64,000 nt of DNA from the IMG/VR virus record IMGVR_UViG_3300034198_006385, positions 1 through 64,000 of that record, one strand, 5' to 3'. Below, piece after piece: positions 1 through 10,001 of the stretch. Positions within the stretch are counted from its first letter, which is position 1; each line of letters begins with the position of its first letter. Source of the stretch: a virus. Position numbers and translations under genes: made by a program. The notes beneath the pieces were generated by a model. That model was given only the letters and a program-made list of their open reading frames with translations. It was not told where the DNA came from and searched no databases.

Positions 1-507
1 AATAGATGTATTACCACTTACAGTTAATAAATTAGATAATGTAGTGTTTCCATTAACAATTAATGTATTAGCAATAGATGTATTACCGGAAACAGATAAC
101 ATTCCAGTTAAATTTTCATTTCCATTAATGACAATATTACCAGAAACCGTCATATTACCACCAATTGTGGTATTTCCTGTTATTGATAATGTATTCGATA
201 CTATAGCATTACCAGAAAGACTGAATGTATTTGCAACTGTAGTAATGCCTTGAATTATAACATTCGATGAAATAGTTAATGTATTAGATGCATCAACAGA
301 ACCACCACGTAAAGAATTTCCTGCAATGAGAGTATCACTACCAAAAATTCCAGTAACATATCCATTACCTATAGAATTATTTCCAGTTGCATTTGTATCA
401 ACGGTAACAACTTGTTGTGTAAACAGTGTTGCCATTTGATTGACACGCGCAATCATGGTACTAAATGTATCAACTGCTACATCAAGATTGGCAACAGATG
501 TGGTCAT
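1..507 (-). CDS. Virion structural/fibre-like protein, N-terminal part (runs off the window)
   Basis: Not in the ORF track. ATG at 507 reads MTTSVANLDVAVDTFSTMIARVNQ... and stays open towards base 1, with G/N/V/T-rich beta-repeat character; follows the baseplate genes. Confidence 0.65.
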   Translation of the reverse strand, partial: MTTSVANLDVAVDTFSTMIARVNQMATLFTQQVVTVDTNATGNNSIGNGYVTGIFGSDTLIAGNSLRGGSVDASNTLTISSNVIIQGITTVANTFSLSGNAIVSNTLSITGNTTIGGNMTVSGNIVINGNENLTGMLSVSGNTSIANTLIVNGNTTLSNLLTVSGNTSI

Positions 508-510
508 TAA

Positions 511-735
511 TTATTTTCCCCGTAAAATCATTAGATCGTTTAATATTTGTTTAATTTCATAGAGACCATTTTTAATATCATAAACATCCTTTTCTAAAGT
601 AATTAATTTACGATCACGTTCTCTTTTTTTCTTATAATTTTCCAATTGTTCATTGCTTGTATTTAGTATAGCTTTACTGTTATTATTTCTTAATAATTCA
701 GGATGATCTACAACTTTTAATAATTCTATATTCAT
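511..735 (-). CDS. Small coiled-coil protein of the kind found after DUF4815 genes in T4-like phages
   Basis: LLRNNNSKAILN motif followed by heptads; start overlaps the upstream stop. Confidence 0.6.
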   Translation of the reverse strand: MNIELLKVVDHPELLRNNNSKAILNTSNEQLENYKKKRERDRKLITLEKDVYDIKNGLYEIKQILNDLMILRGK

Positions 736-2573
736 TATACTTGTACCGCAATAGCACGCATATCAGCAACACGAGGAACAATGAATGATTGATCTGCGGT
801 TAGAATAATTTTAATTGCAAATGTATTATATCCATCAAAATAATCACCAGTAGATGTATAATATCTAACAACATTATTATTATCAGAATTAGTAAATCCT
901 GTTGTAGTAGTTGTGGAATTATTTCCTGATGGTATTTTAAATTGTAATTCTCTCATATCAGTTAAGTCTGCTTTACTGGAATAAGGTTTAGGAGTTACTT
1001 CTTCCATTAATGTCCAATATTTATTAGAAAAAGAATCCGGGTCTTCACTATTTAATAATTTACAAAATACATAAATTTCAGTATTAAGAGGTCTATATGC
1101 AGTTAAATATACTATTAAATCCTCGGCAGTTTGTAATAATTCTACTGATTTAGAAATATATTTATTTGGTAATGATCCGCCAGGAGGATTAGTTTCATTT
1201 GTTATTAGAGTAGTATTAGCTTTTGAAATTCTATTATGGATCATAAGCATTGATTGCTTAATATTATTTAAAACAGGAGTAATATTTTCTGATGAAGTTT
1301 CAAAATTAACTTTTATTTGTAATGATTTTGTTCCTCCGCTATAATATAATTCATCTGAGCGAGAACGAACAATACGTAATTTATCAATAAATTTTTGATT
1401 CTTATCAAATATAAGAGGTAAGAAATTCGCATCCATCGTATTACTACTAGCGGAAAATCCTTTTTGGAATATAGAAAGAGAAGTTTTGGGGGGAACAGAA
1501 TACGCAAATTGAGCAACCGCTTCATCATAACGAACGGCAGCAATACCATGTAAATTAGCCGCAGTTCCAGATAATTGACCAATTAATAAAGGTTGAGTAT
1601 TTTTTTCTACAAATAATTTACGAAAATTCATAGTGGTATTTGCGGTTGATTGATATAGAATCAAATGACGTGGGCCATTTATATAACTTTCGGCACCATA
1701 TAATGCCCCATTACTATGAAGAAATCCTAATGATGCATTTGAACTAGTAAAAGTTGGTGCAGCATTAATAGTAATTTGTGTATTAGCCCCAGGATTATTT
1801 ACTACACTAATAATTTGTCTAATATCTGTTTGTGCATAATTTTCCGCAGAAATATAAATTAATTTATTGGTAGCTGAGGTATAAGAAGAATTTGCAGGAT
1901 ATAAAGTGATTGTGGTTGATGACGGACTTAATGTAATATTACTTGAATCTGTTACCCCATTTGATACATAAATTTTTTCTCCACGTAAAAATGGATTTCT
2001 TTGATTAATAGTATCTCTAACAAGATATTCTGTATTAGCATTAGTAAAAATAGAATAACCAGTATTTGAATATGGAAATTTAGCTTTTCTTAATGTAAAT
2101 TTTAAATCTTCGTCTTGATATGCAGTCCATGATCTACCATCTGACGAAGTTAATAATACCCCAACAGAACTATTTGTTGTAATTTTTTTATTTGTTGCGT
2201 TTGATGGTGCAGATTTATCATCCGCATTAATTTGACCTGTCCATAATTCATAATCTGGATGATTACCATCAGCAGCAACAACAATTGCATATTGAGTTTG
2301 TGTTTTTAAAAATGGTGGAATACCAAAAGTAAATGCAGTAGCATATGTACCATTAAATGCATCGGCGGGAATAATATCAGGAGTATAACGACATTTAGCA
2401 AATGGAATAATGTTTTGAGTTGGAACACCATTTTCTACTTCATTAATTGTCACAGTTACCCCAATATTACTTGTGCTACCAGGGGTTTTAGCAAAATATA
2501 AAGTTACATCCGTTATATAAAGTCCAGTTACATCATAAGTAGGATCAGTAATATAAAAAGTTTGTGCTAACAT
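735..2573 (-). CDS. Virion structural protein, C-terminal moiety of a DUF4815/VrlC-like baseplate protein
   Basis: Starts LAQTF; contains W..YQDEDLKFTL, KYISK.V.L and F.IKI.L...VPRV.D.RAIA; own SD (TAAGGA). Confidence 0.75.
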   Translation of the reverse strand: MLAQTFYITDPTYDVTGLYITDVTLYFAKTPGSTSNIGVTVTINEVENGVPTQNIIPFAKCRYTPDIIPADAFNGTYATAFTFGIPPFLKTQTQYAIVVAADGNHPDYELWTGQINADDKSAPSNATNKKITTNSSVGVLLTSSDGRSWTAYQDEDLKFTLRKAKFPYSNTGYSIFTNANTEYLVRDTINQRNPFLRGEKIYVSNGVTDSSNITLSPSSTTITLYPANSSYTSATNKLIYISAENYAQTDIRQIISVVNNPGANTQITINAAPTFTSSNASLGFLHSNGALYGAESYINGPRHLILYQSTANTTMNFRKLFVEKNTQPLLIGQLSGTAANLHGIAAVRYDEAVAQFAYSVPPKTSLSIFQKGFSASSNTMDANFLPLIFDKNQKFIDKLRIVRSRSDELYYSGGTKSLQIKVNFETSSENITPVLNNIKQSMLMIHNRISKANTTLITNETNPPGGSLPNKYISKSVELLQTAEDLIVYLTAYRPLNTEIYVFCKLLNSEDPDSFSNKYWTLMEEVTPKPYSSKADLTDMRELQFKIPSGNNSTTTTTGFTNSDNNNVVRYYTSTGDYFDGYNTFAIKIILTADQSFIVPRVADMRAIAVQV

Positions 2574-2588
2574 TTAATTTCCTTATTT

Positions 2589-5500
2589 TTAAAAAACATC
2601 CCCGCCAAAATTACTGTCGCCAGGATATATGTCTGTAGAACCTACCGTTTCTATACCATATACAGTGTCAGTATATCCTTCACGAACAATAATATATGAA
2701 CCATTGTCTGCTCCATTACTAGGATTATTATTTGAAGTATCATATGCGGCTGGTTCTGTTGATGTGATTGGTGCTATTGGCGTTGAATCTGGATATATAT
2801 TTTGAACATAGTTATTATAATTATTATTAATTGTATTAAAGGTATTATTAATAATTGGCGTTGGTGTAGACATAACAGGTTTAGTTAATGTAGAAATTAA
2901 TTCTACATCATGTGGTTGTGTTTGAAAATTAACCGATGCTCTAGCAATATCAATATTGCTACCATAAAATATAGTAGATGCTTCATTAGTAATAATATTA
3001 CTTGATGTTGAAAAATCAACAATATCAACAAGTTTAAAAATTCTTTCACCAGTTCTAAATACCCCGCGTGGCATAAAAAATAATCCATATAAATTTCCAG
3101 ATGAATCAGTTTTTAACTGTGCCCCAAGATTAGAGGTTGCAACAAAAGTTGAATTAGTTTGTTGGCAAAGACTATCTACTAACGTACTATCAAAAAATAC
3201 ATGCATATTTGTATTTGGTTTCAAACCATTTGCACTAAATTTAATTAATATTGGGTCCAAATATGGTTGAACAGTAATATCTTGAACTATATCATTAACA
3301 GTATATGTAGTTCCACTACTAGAAGGAGTAATAGTAGAAGTTAGATTGGAATCAATTGCTAAGGTAGAAGGATTTTGGGTTACTGTATATGCTGATCCAA
3401 TTAATACCTGATTTACTGTTCTTACATTACCTAATGTTGCAATTTGTACAGTCATAGAAGGATTAGTAGTTATATCAATTTTATGATTTCCTGGGGGATC
3501 AAGAGTTACATTACCTTTATATGTAAATATAGTTCCCTCTGAAATATTACGTTTTTTACTAGCCCCAGGTTGCGATAACCAATCTTCCCCGGTAGCAAGT
3601 AATGAATATGTTTTATTTGGAATATCGTTTTTATTATGTATATATTTTCCATATGTTCCTATAGATACGTTAGTATCATTATCTAATGGAACATAATTAA
3701 TAATTTGACGAGGGACAATTTCACTATTTCCAAGATCAAATCCAGGGGAATAATTAGTAAATTCTAAATTATTAGTATCAGCAATAGAACTATCATTAAA
3801 AGGATCAACTAAAAATCCATTTTTAAATCTATCATTACCATTGGAATCTAATACAGAGGTTTGTTTAGTGGATAATTCAAGCATATTTAAAGTAGTATAA
3901 TATTCAAGCCTTTTAATTCTATCTTCAAGCAATCCAATATCACGCATAGTAAATCTTTTTACCTGTTGTACAGATAATTGAACCGCATAATCTGGTCTAC
4001 CATAGGCTAATGAATAATTATAAGGCAATGAAGGATACGGCGGAATTTTGAGAACCCCAAGTGTCATTGTTTGTGGTTTATCGCTTGGGGTTTTTGGTGT
4101 TAGAGATGGAACCCCCTCATAAATTCCAATATTACCATTACCATCAAGATAAATTTTATCAATACGACTAATATAATATGAAAAATCTGTTACAAAGTCT
4201 TCATCTGGAACAAATGAATATGCTCCACCAGTAATAATATCAAATGTTATAGTATTAGATGGATTAACTGTAGCATTTGTAATTATGGTTGCGCTATTAG
4301 CAGTATTTGCTACAATTGGCCTAAAATCTATACAATCCCGTAAATCTAATAATTTACCAGTAGTTGTGTTAAATCTGGGAATTTGCATTGTAGTGATGGC
4401 ATTTATATTTGTGGTATTTGCATCATCAATAGGATAAGATTCAATAGATGAAAACCCTACACCACTAGATTTATTATGCGTAAAATGATCAAGTTTAATT
4501 AATAATCTATCAGTAGATGAAAAAGTTTGATTTGTTTTTGTTCTAATATATGCTAAATCATATCTATCATCGCGTTGACCATTATCTAATGCAAATAATC
4601 CAATAATATTTCTATTAGATGTACTATATTCTCCATATGAAGATATAGAATTACCAATATAAATTCCTGAAATTGTTAATACATCGGGCAATCCAAGACA
4701 CCATGGACCAGTAGTATTTGTAGAAAGATCAATTTTAACATATCTATTTTTATTAATAACTTTAGATATACCAACAGCTTTTAATCTTTTTATATTATAA
4801 TAAACTACGGAATTTAAATCTACATTTAATGGTGTTCCCACATATAGATTAGCAGTTGATGTACTAGTTACAGAAATATTTGCTGTGGGTTTAGTTAAAT
4901 TAACAATACTTCCTGCCGGAATATGTCTTTTTACTACAGCCCCAGAAGGAAATGTTCCTACAAAATTAGAATTTACTGTAAATACTGTTGTATTAGTTAC
5001 TGCTAATACTTGTTTCAATTCTTGTGTGGTAGTATTTGCAATATAAACGAAATCACCTGTTTGTAAATTATTTAATCCTGATGTTGCGCTACCAAAATTT
5101 GTTCCAATACCAGTTACGGTTGCTCCACTTGTAGATACTGTTCCTGTTAAATTTGCAGTATTTGCAGAATTAGTTGCAATTACCACAAAATCATATTCTG
5201 TTGTTTCGCTTAATGTTCCGCCACCATAAGGCAATTCTTGACCAGATGTGCCTACGCCGCTTGTAGGAATAGTTAATGTTGCAACTGAATTTTGTGCCGT
5301 TGTAAATGTTACAGTATTACTTGTTCTAAATGTATAATATGTAATATAATCGTCTGGTGCAGTTTCGCTATTACGTAAATTTTTAACAGCACTTTTTCCC
5401 AATGGTAATACCAAACTAGAAAGATTTGATTCCTTTAAAATTGCATTACCATCGGTTAATACAACATCAGCAAATCCTTTATTACCACCTGAAATACCAT

Positions 5501-6899
5501 ATACAGAACGAATATCTTTAAAAGTTTTACCACTATTCATTCTAATATTAGAAAGATACATTTTATATTGTGCCGAACCTGTGCCGGGAACACCAGAATA
5601 ATAAATTATAGTTCTAATATTTGCTTTTCCTATTTCTGTTCCCGGTGCAGAACCAGTTGTTAAAACACCAGTAGAAACAGAATTAGCAATTGTATCACGA
5701 AGGCTAATTGAATTAAGATTATTAAAATCAAATGTTCCTGATACTTCTTTTGCTAAAATATAATTACCAAAATTTCCTGTTATAGTTTGGTTTTCAATAA
5801 CTTCATTATCTGTTCCTTTTCTAGTAGGAATATATGTTTTATCATCATATTGAATACGATAACCTTGAACATATCCTATACCTTTATCTACAACCGAATT
5901 AAAATAAGTTGTATTTGCTACACCATTATTATATCTAACATCTGTTGTTACAGAAAATGGATTAACAACATAATTGCCACTTTCCTCAAAAGTACGACGT
6001 GCTAATTCATCCCCAATTATTGCATATTTTGGATCAGTGAAAATTCTAACAGCACTACCATTTTGAAAATCAGCAATAGTGAAAAAACTACTAGTATCCG
6101 TAGTATTAACTGTTGCCGTATTACGAACAGTTAATGTTGGAGTTAATTTAATTCTATGGGCACCGGGGGCATTATAATTAAATGAACCTTGTGCATTATC
6201 TAATAATGTTGTATCAATTTCAGGGGTGATAATTTCCTCTGTAGTAACAAATCCAACTGATACATTATTTGGAGAATTATTATATTTTGATACAACAATT
6301 TTTTGAGAATCTACTCCAATAAAAATGCCTTTATGGAAAATTACGCCAGATGTAACTGAAGCAGAGAAACTATTTCCTGTATGAGAAGATGTAGTATTTG
6401 CTACATTAATGGAACCAAAATTTACATTAGCAGTAGTGTAAACTGTTAATATTTCATTTGGATCAAATTTAGATTGTTGAGCACCATTAGCATATGTTCC
6501 ACTATTAATATATTTAATATATGCCGTTTTTAGATCAGGGGGTGTTCCTTCTGATCCTTCTGTTGTTGAATATACATAGGCTTTAAGTTGACTATTTGCT
6601 ACAATATATTTATCTATTAAATCAGTTACAGCAATAGCTGCCCCATTAGTATAATTATCTGTAATTTTTAAATACTGAATATTTTTATCAAAAGATAAAT
6701 CACATCCATCAATTACACTACCATCAATAAATACATGCTTACCAAATTTTTCAATTTGATTTTGAAAAATTGTTTGTAATTGAGTTAATTCCCTAGCTTG
6801 GACAGCAGTTCCTGGCCGAAATAAAATTCTATGAAAATGTTTATCGGGATCATAATCATCGTAATATGGAACTCTATTAAAATCTGTTTGTAATGGCAT
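2589..6899 (-). CDS. DUF4815/VrlC-like large baseplate structural protein, N-terminal moiety
   Basis: PYYDDY...ILFRPG.AVQARELTQLQ, ARRTFEESGNY, TMRDIG.LE.RI..LEYYT, RFKNGFLVD.F. Confidence 0.85.
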   Translation of the reverse strand: MPLQTDFNRVPYYDDYDPDKHFHRILFRPGTAVQARELTQLQTIFQNQIEKFGKHVFIDGSVIDGCDLSFDKNIQYLKITDNYTNGAAIAVTDLIDKYIVANSQLKAYVYSTTEGSEGTPPDLKTAYIKYINSGTYANGAQQSKFDPNEILTVYTTANVNFGSINVANTTSSHTGNSFSASVTSGVIFHKGIFIGVDSQKIVVSKYNNSPNNVSVGFVTTEEIITPEIDTTLLDNAQGSFNYNAPGAHRIKLTPTLTVRNTATVNTTDTSSFFTIADFQNGSAVRIFTDPKYAIIGDELARRTFEESGNYVVNPFSVTTDVRYNNGVANTTYFNSVVDKGIGYVQGYRIQYDDKTYIPTRKGTDNEVIENQTITGNFGNYILAKEVSGTFDFNNLNSISLRDTIANSVSTGVLTTGSAPGTEIGKANIRTIIYYSGVPGTGSAQYKMYLSNIRMNSGKTFKDIRSVYGISGGNKGFADVVLTDGNAILKESNLSSLVLPLGKSAVKNLRNSETAPDDYITYYTFRTSNTVTFTTAQNSVATLTIPTSGVGTSGQELPYGGGTLSETTEYDFVVIATNSANTANLTGTVSTSGATVTGIGTNFGSATSGLNNLQTGDFVYIANTTTQELKQVLAVTNTTVFTVNSNFVGTFPSGAVVKRHIPAGSIVNLTKPTANISVTSTSTANLYVGTPLNVDLNSVVYYNIKRLKAVGISKVINKNRYVKIDLSTNTTGPWCLGLPDVLTISGIYIGNSISSYGEYSTSNRNIIGLFALDNGQRDDRYDLAYIRTKTNQTFSSTDRLLIKLDHFTHNKSSGVGFSSIESYPIDDANTTNINAITTMQIPRFNTTTGKLLDLRDCIDFRPIVANTANSATIITNATVNPSNTITFDIITGGAYSFVPDEDFVTDFSYYISRIDKIYLDGNGNIGIYEGVPSLTPKTPSDKPQTMTLGVLKIPPYPSLPYNYSLAYGRPDYAVQLSVQQVKRFTMRDIGLLEDRIKRLEYYTTLNMLELSTKQTSVLDSNGNDRFKNGFLVDPFNDSSIADTNNLEFTNYSPGFDLGNSEIVPRQIINYVPLDNDTNVSIGTYGKYIHNKNDIPNKTYSLLATGEDWLSQPGASKKRNISEGTIFTYKGNVTLDPPGNHKIDITTNPSMTVQIATLGNVRTVNQVLIGSAYTVTQNPSTLAIDSNLTSTITPSSSGTTYTVNDIVQDITVQPYLDPILIKFSANGLKPNTNMHVFFDSTLVDSLCQQTNSTFVATSNLGAQLKTDSSGNLYGLFFMPRGVFRTGERIFKLVDIVDFSTSSNIITNEASTIFYGSNIDIARASVNFQTQPHDVELISTLTKPVMSTPTPIINNTFNTINNNYNNYVQNIYPDSTPIAPITSTEPAAYDTSNNNPSNGADNGSYIIVREGYTDTVYGIETVGSTDIYPGDSNFGGDVF

Positions 6900-6908
6900 T
6901 TATAGTCC

Positions 6909-9900
6909 TTAAAACTTAATTAGTAATCTAACTGTTTCGCTAGTATTAGCAGAACGTGTAATATATTCTCTATTTTCTATATATAATACATCTCCGCTTT
7001 CTCTGACTAATTCGGGTTTGATAATTGTATTACTATATGCAATATATCCATTAGCAGTAGATGTTAATCCATATAGATAATTATTATTACTTTCTGCCCA
7101 TGTTCCATCAAAATCAGATAAAATTAATACAGGAAGAACACGTTTAACCGTTGCTGTTGCACTAGAATTTTCTCCTGTTATAGTATATCCAATTTGATTA
7201 GAAAAACTACCAGAAACACCCGTTAATTTCATGTGAGTAGAATTTGCATATCTCATTATAGCAGTTGCGCCACTGGTAGTTTGAGTAATTTTTTCATTTA
7301 ATGAAAATGGAATAGTATTTCCAGTTATTAATAAATCTCTATCATCTACAGTAGAATAAATTGCTGCATCACCTAATTTGATATTAGTTATAAATGCTTT
7401 AAATTCTATTTGCTCATTATTAGCAAAAGGAATAGTATTAGATGATAAAGTAATTCTTGCTAATTGATTAAATCTATTAAAAGTAGTTGGTTTTGTATTT
7501 CCGGCTAAACTAAAAGAAGCGGAATTTGAATAAGTATTAGTTGATGCATCATAAATTATTTTACCTGTAGAAAACATACCTGCTGCATTAGTTATATTAA
7601 TAGAATCAGTAGCAGTAGTTACAAGAATACCTTTCGCACCAGTATTTTGCTGAACTATAACTTGTGTCCCTGGATTTTTACTAAATGTAAATAAATTTGA
7701 TATTCTTACGTTTGCCGTTGCTTTCGATTGTAAACCAAGAATGCTATCATTAGCAGTATTTGCCTTAAATTGTCCTCTAATATCATCAAAATAAATTGAT
7801 GCATTTGATCCATTAGTATTAACTACTAAAATAGTTGCACTGGTATTAGTATTTGCTTGATAAATTATTTCTCCATTGGTAAAACTACCAGAAATATTAT
7901 TTACCGTTAATGCCCCTCTTTTGAAATTTCCATTAGATGTTGGTGTTGTAATAGTAACATCATTAAACAAAGGATTTCTAATTAATCCAACAGTTCTATA
8001 TGTCCCATAAGATGGGAAATCATATGCTTCATCAGAGGCTTTTCCAAAATCAGTAGCTATCATAACATAATTGCCACCTAATTCGGTTACTGGATCATAC
8101 CCATGCCCCCTAACTGGTCCAATTGATGCTACTAAATTTGCTCCTGAACCATATGTAGAATTAGATGTTACTATAACATTTGCTTGGGTATAACCTGTAC
8201 CCGGATTAATCACATTTACTGAATCAATACTATAATTTGAGGTATTAATAATTGGATATGCTTTTGCATTATATCCATCCCCCGTAATAGTAATAGTTGG
8301 AGCAATAACATATTCGGTATCATCATTTGGTAACGACGAAACAGATTTAATTTTTGCACTACTTCCAATAGTAGTTGTAATATAATCTCCAACAATAAAT
8401 TTGCCACTAGTATAATTTAAAGTTATTGATGGACGAGAAGTTACAACTGATACATTTGCAGTAGCTTGTGAAGTATACCCAGAAATAGTAAATGTTACAG
8501 TTGAATTTGATGCGGAAAATCCTGGACCTTGTATATCTGATACAATCATATAATTATTAGTAACATAAACAATAGTCCCATTACTAGATGATCCTGGCTG
8601 AGAAACAACTTCACCTAAAAAGAATTTTTTGTTAATATTAATTACATCTAATTTAACACTATTTAAATCAGAAAATAAAATTGTTCCTATTGCTTCATTT
8701 TTTGTAAAAGATGAGACATATGCTGCTGATGGAACTTTATAAAAAACATTTGCACTATAATTATCATTAAAACCAGTCCCATCAATTTTTAAACTAATAT
8801 TATTAGTTACTGAGGTAACTCTTCTAAAATAACTTCCAACTTGAATATAATATGGTGTATTGTCTGAGGCAGATGGAAATAAAGTAGTAAATGATGTGCC
8901 TACACCAGTAATTGTATTAGAACTAGTAGTAGTAGTAACTGTACCAGTTCCTAATATTGGTGTATCTCCAGAATTAATAGAATTATTCATACTAAAAGTG
9001 CCAGTTAATTTTCTGACAGTTAAATTATTTTTATTTAACTGTGAGCGAATAATTTCCCCTGTTGCTCCAGTAGCACTTTGTGTTATTGTATCCCCTATAT
9101 CAAATGTTCCTGTTATATAAGATAAATTTAAAAAATATGTTGTTTCAGAAACATTATCCCCAATTAAAAATGAGCCACTAGTATTACTTAATTCTAAATT
9201 AAATGCTACATCTAAATCATCATGTAATGTAACAGATTTAGTAGTAGCATTATAACCGATAATTTCAGAAATTTGACCTGATCCCAATCCATTTTTCAAA
9301 TAAATGGAGGCACCTGTATAAAAATTAGAATTAGATGATGCATTGTCAGAATTAATTATTAATTCATTTGATGCTACAACATTTGTGATAAATCCAGTAT
9401 TATAAGTCAACCACAATGACCCACCAGAATTAATTTTAATAATATCAATACCGCCAGGATTTGCTGATTGTTGAATATTTGTATTTGCCACAACTGGAAT
9501 ATATTCACGAGTAGCAAACTTTCTCATAGAAGTATCATCAATAGTAAACATATATTTCCAAATATAATTATCACTTGTTTTAAAAACAGAATTACTTACT
9601 ATATTAGGTTTAACTACTGATTTACCATTTTTATTATTATCTAATACTTTATATACATTTTGTTCAGGAGTAATAACAAAAAAATTATTATTATAAAGAT
9701 TAGGATTATCTTTATCATATCTACTATATGCGGTATCTGAAACCCAATTATATCTAGGAATCATATATTTAACATCATTAGTAGTAATATTTTTTCCAAA
9801 TAATATGTGATTATAAATTGAATGTTCAGTCGAATCAATACTGGTATTAGTAGCAGGAACAATAGTTTCACTTACAGGCCATGGTTGATGATGTGAGGCA

Positions 9901-9992
9901 AACATATAATAATTAGTATTAGTGGATAAAACAGAATCCACAAATTCTTTAGCATTATTAATTGAATGTTTTTTAGTTAATTTTCCAGTCAT
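6909..9992 (-). CDS. gp8: Baseplate wedge subunit gp8-like, expanded
   Basis: IPRYNW, VYKVLDN, D.YIWKYMFTI, GHG.DPV.ELGG, C-terminal SGDVLYIENR..ITRS. Confidence 0.85.
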   Translation of the reverse strand: MTGKLTKKHSINNAKEFVDSVLSTNTNYYMFASHHQPWPVSETIVPATNTSIDSTEHSIYNHILFGKNITTNDVKYMIPRYNWVSDTAYSRYDKDNPNLYNNNFFVITPEQNVYKVLDNNKNGKSVVKPNIVSNSVFKTSDNYIWKYMFTIDDTSMRKFATREYIPVVANTNIQQSANPGGIDIIKINSGGSLWLTYNTGFITNVVASNELIINSDNASSNSNFYTGASIYLKNGLGSGQISEIIGYNATTKSVTLHDDLDVAFNLELSNTSGSFLIGDNVSETTYFLNLSYITGTFDIGDTITQSATGATGEIIRSQLNKNNLTVRKLTGTFSMNNSINSGDTPILGTGTVTTTTSSNTITGVGTSFTTLFPSASDNTPYYIQVGSYFRRVTSVTNNISLKIDGTGFNDNYSANVFYKVPSAAYVSSFTKNEAIGTILFSDLNSVKLDVININKKFFLGEVVSQPGSSSNGTIVYVTNNYMIVSDIQGPGFSASNSTVTFTISGYTSQATANVSVVTSRPSITLNYTSGKFIVGDYITTTIGSSAKIKSVSSLPNDDTEYVIAPTITITGDGYNAKAYPIINTSNYSIDSVNVINPGTGYTQANVIVTSNSTYGSGANLVASIGPVRGHGYDPVTELGGNYVMIATDFGKASDEAYDFPSYGTYRTVGLIRNPLFNDVTITTPTSNGNFKRGALTVNNISGSFTNGEIIYQANTNTSATILVVNTNGSNASIYFDDIRGQFKANTANDSILGLQSKATANVRISNLFTFSKNPGTQVIVQQNTGAKGILVTTATDSINITNAAGMFSTGKIIYDASTNTYSNSASFSLAGNTKPTTFNRFNQLARITLSSNTIPFANNEQIEFKAFITNIKLGDAAIYSTVDDRDLLITGNTIPFSLNEKITQTTSGATAIMRYANSTHMKLTGVSGSFSNQIGYTITGENSSATATVKRVLPVLILSDFDGTWAESNNNYLYGLTSTANGYIAYSNTIIKPELVRESGDVLYIENREYITRSANTSETVRLLIKF

Positions 9993-10001
9993 TAAAAAAT
10001 C

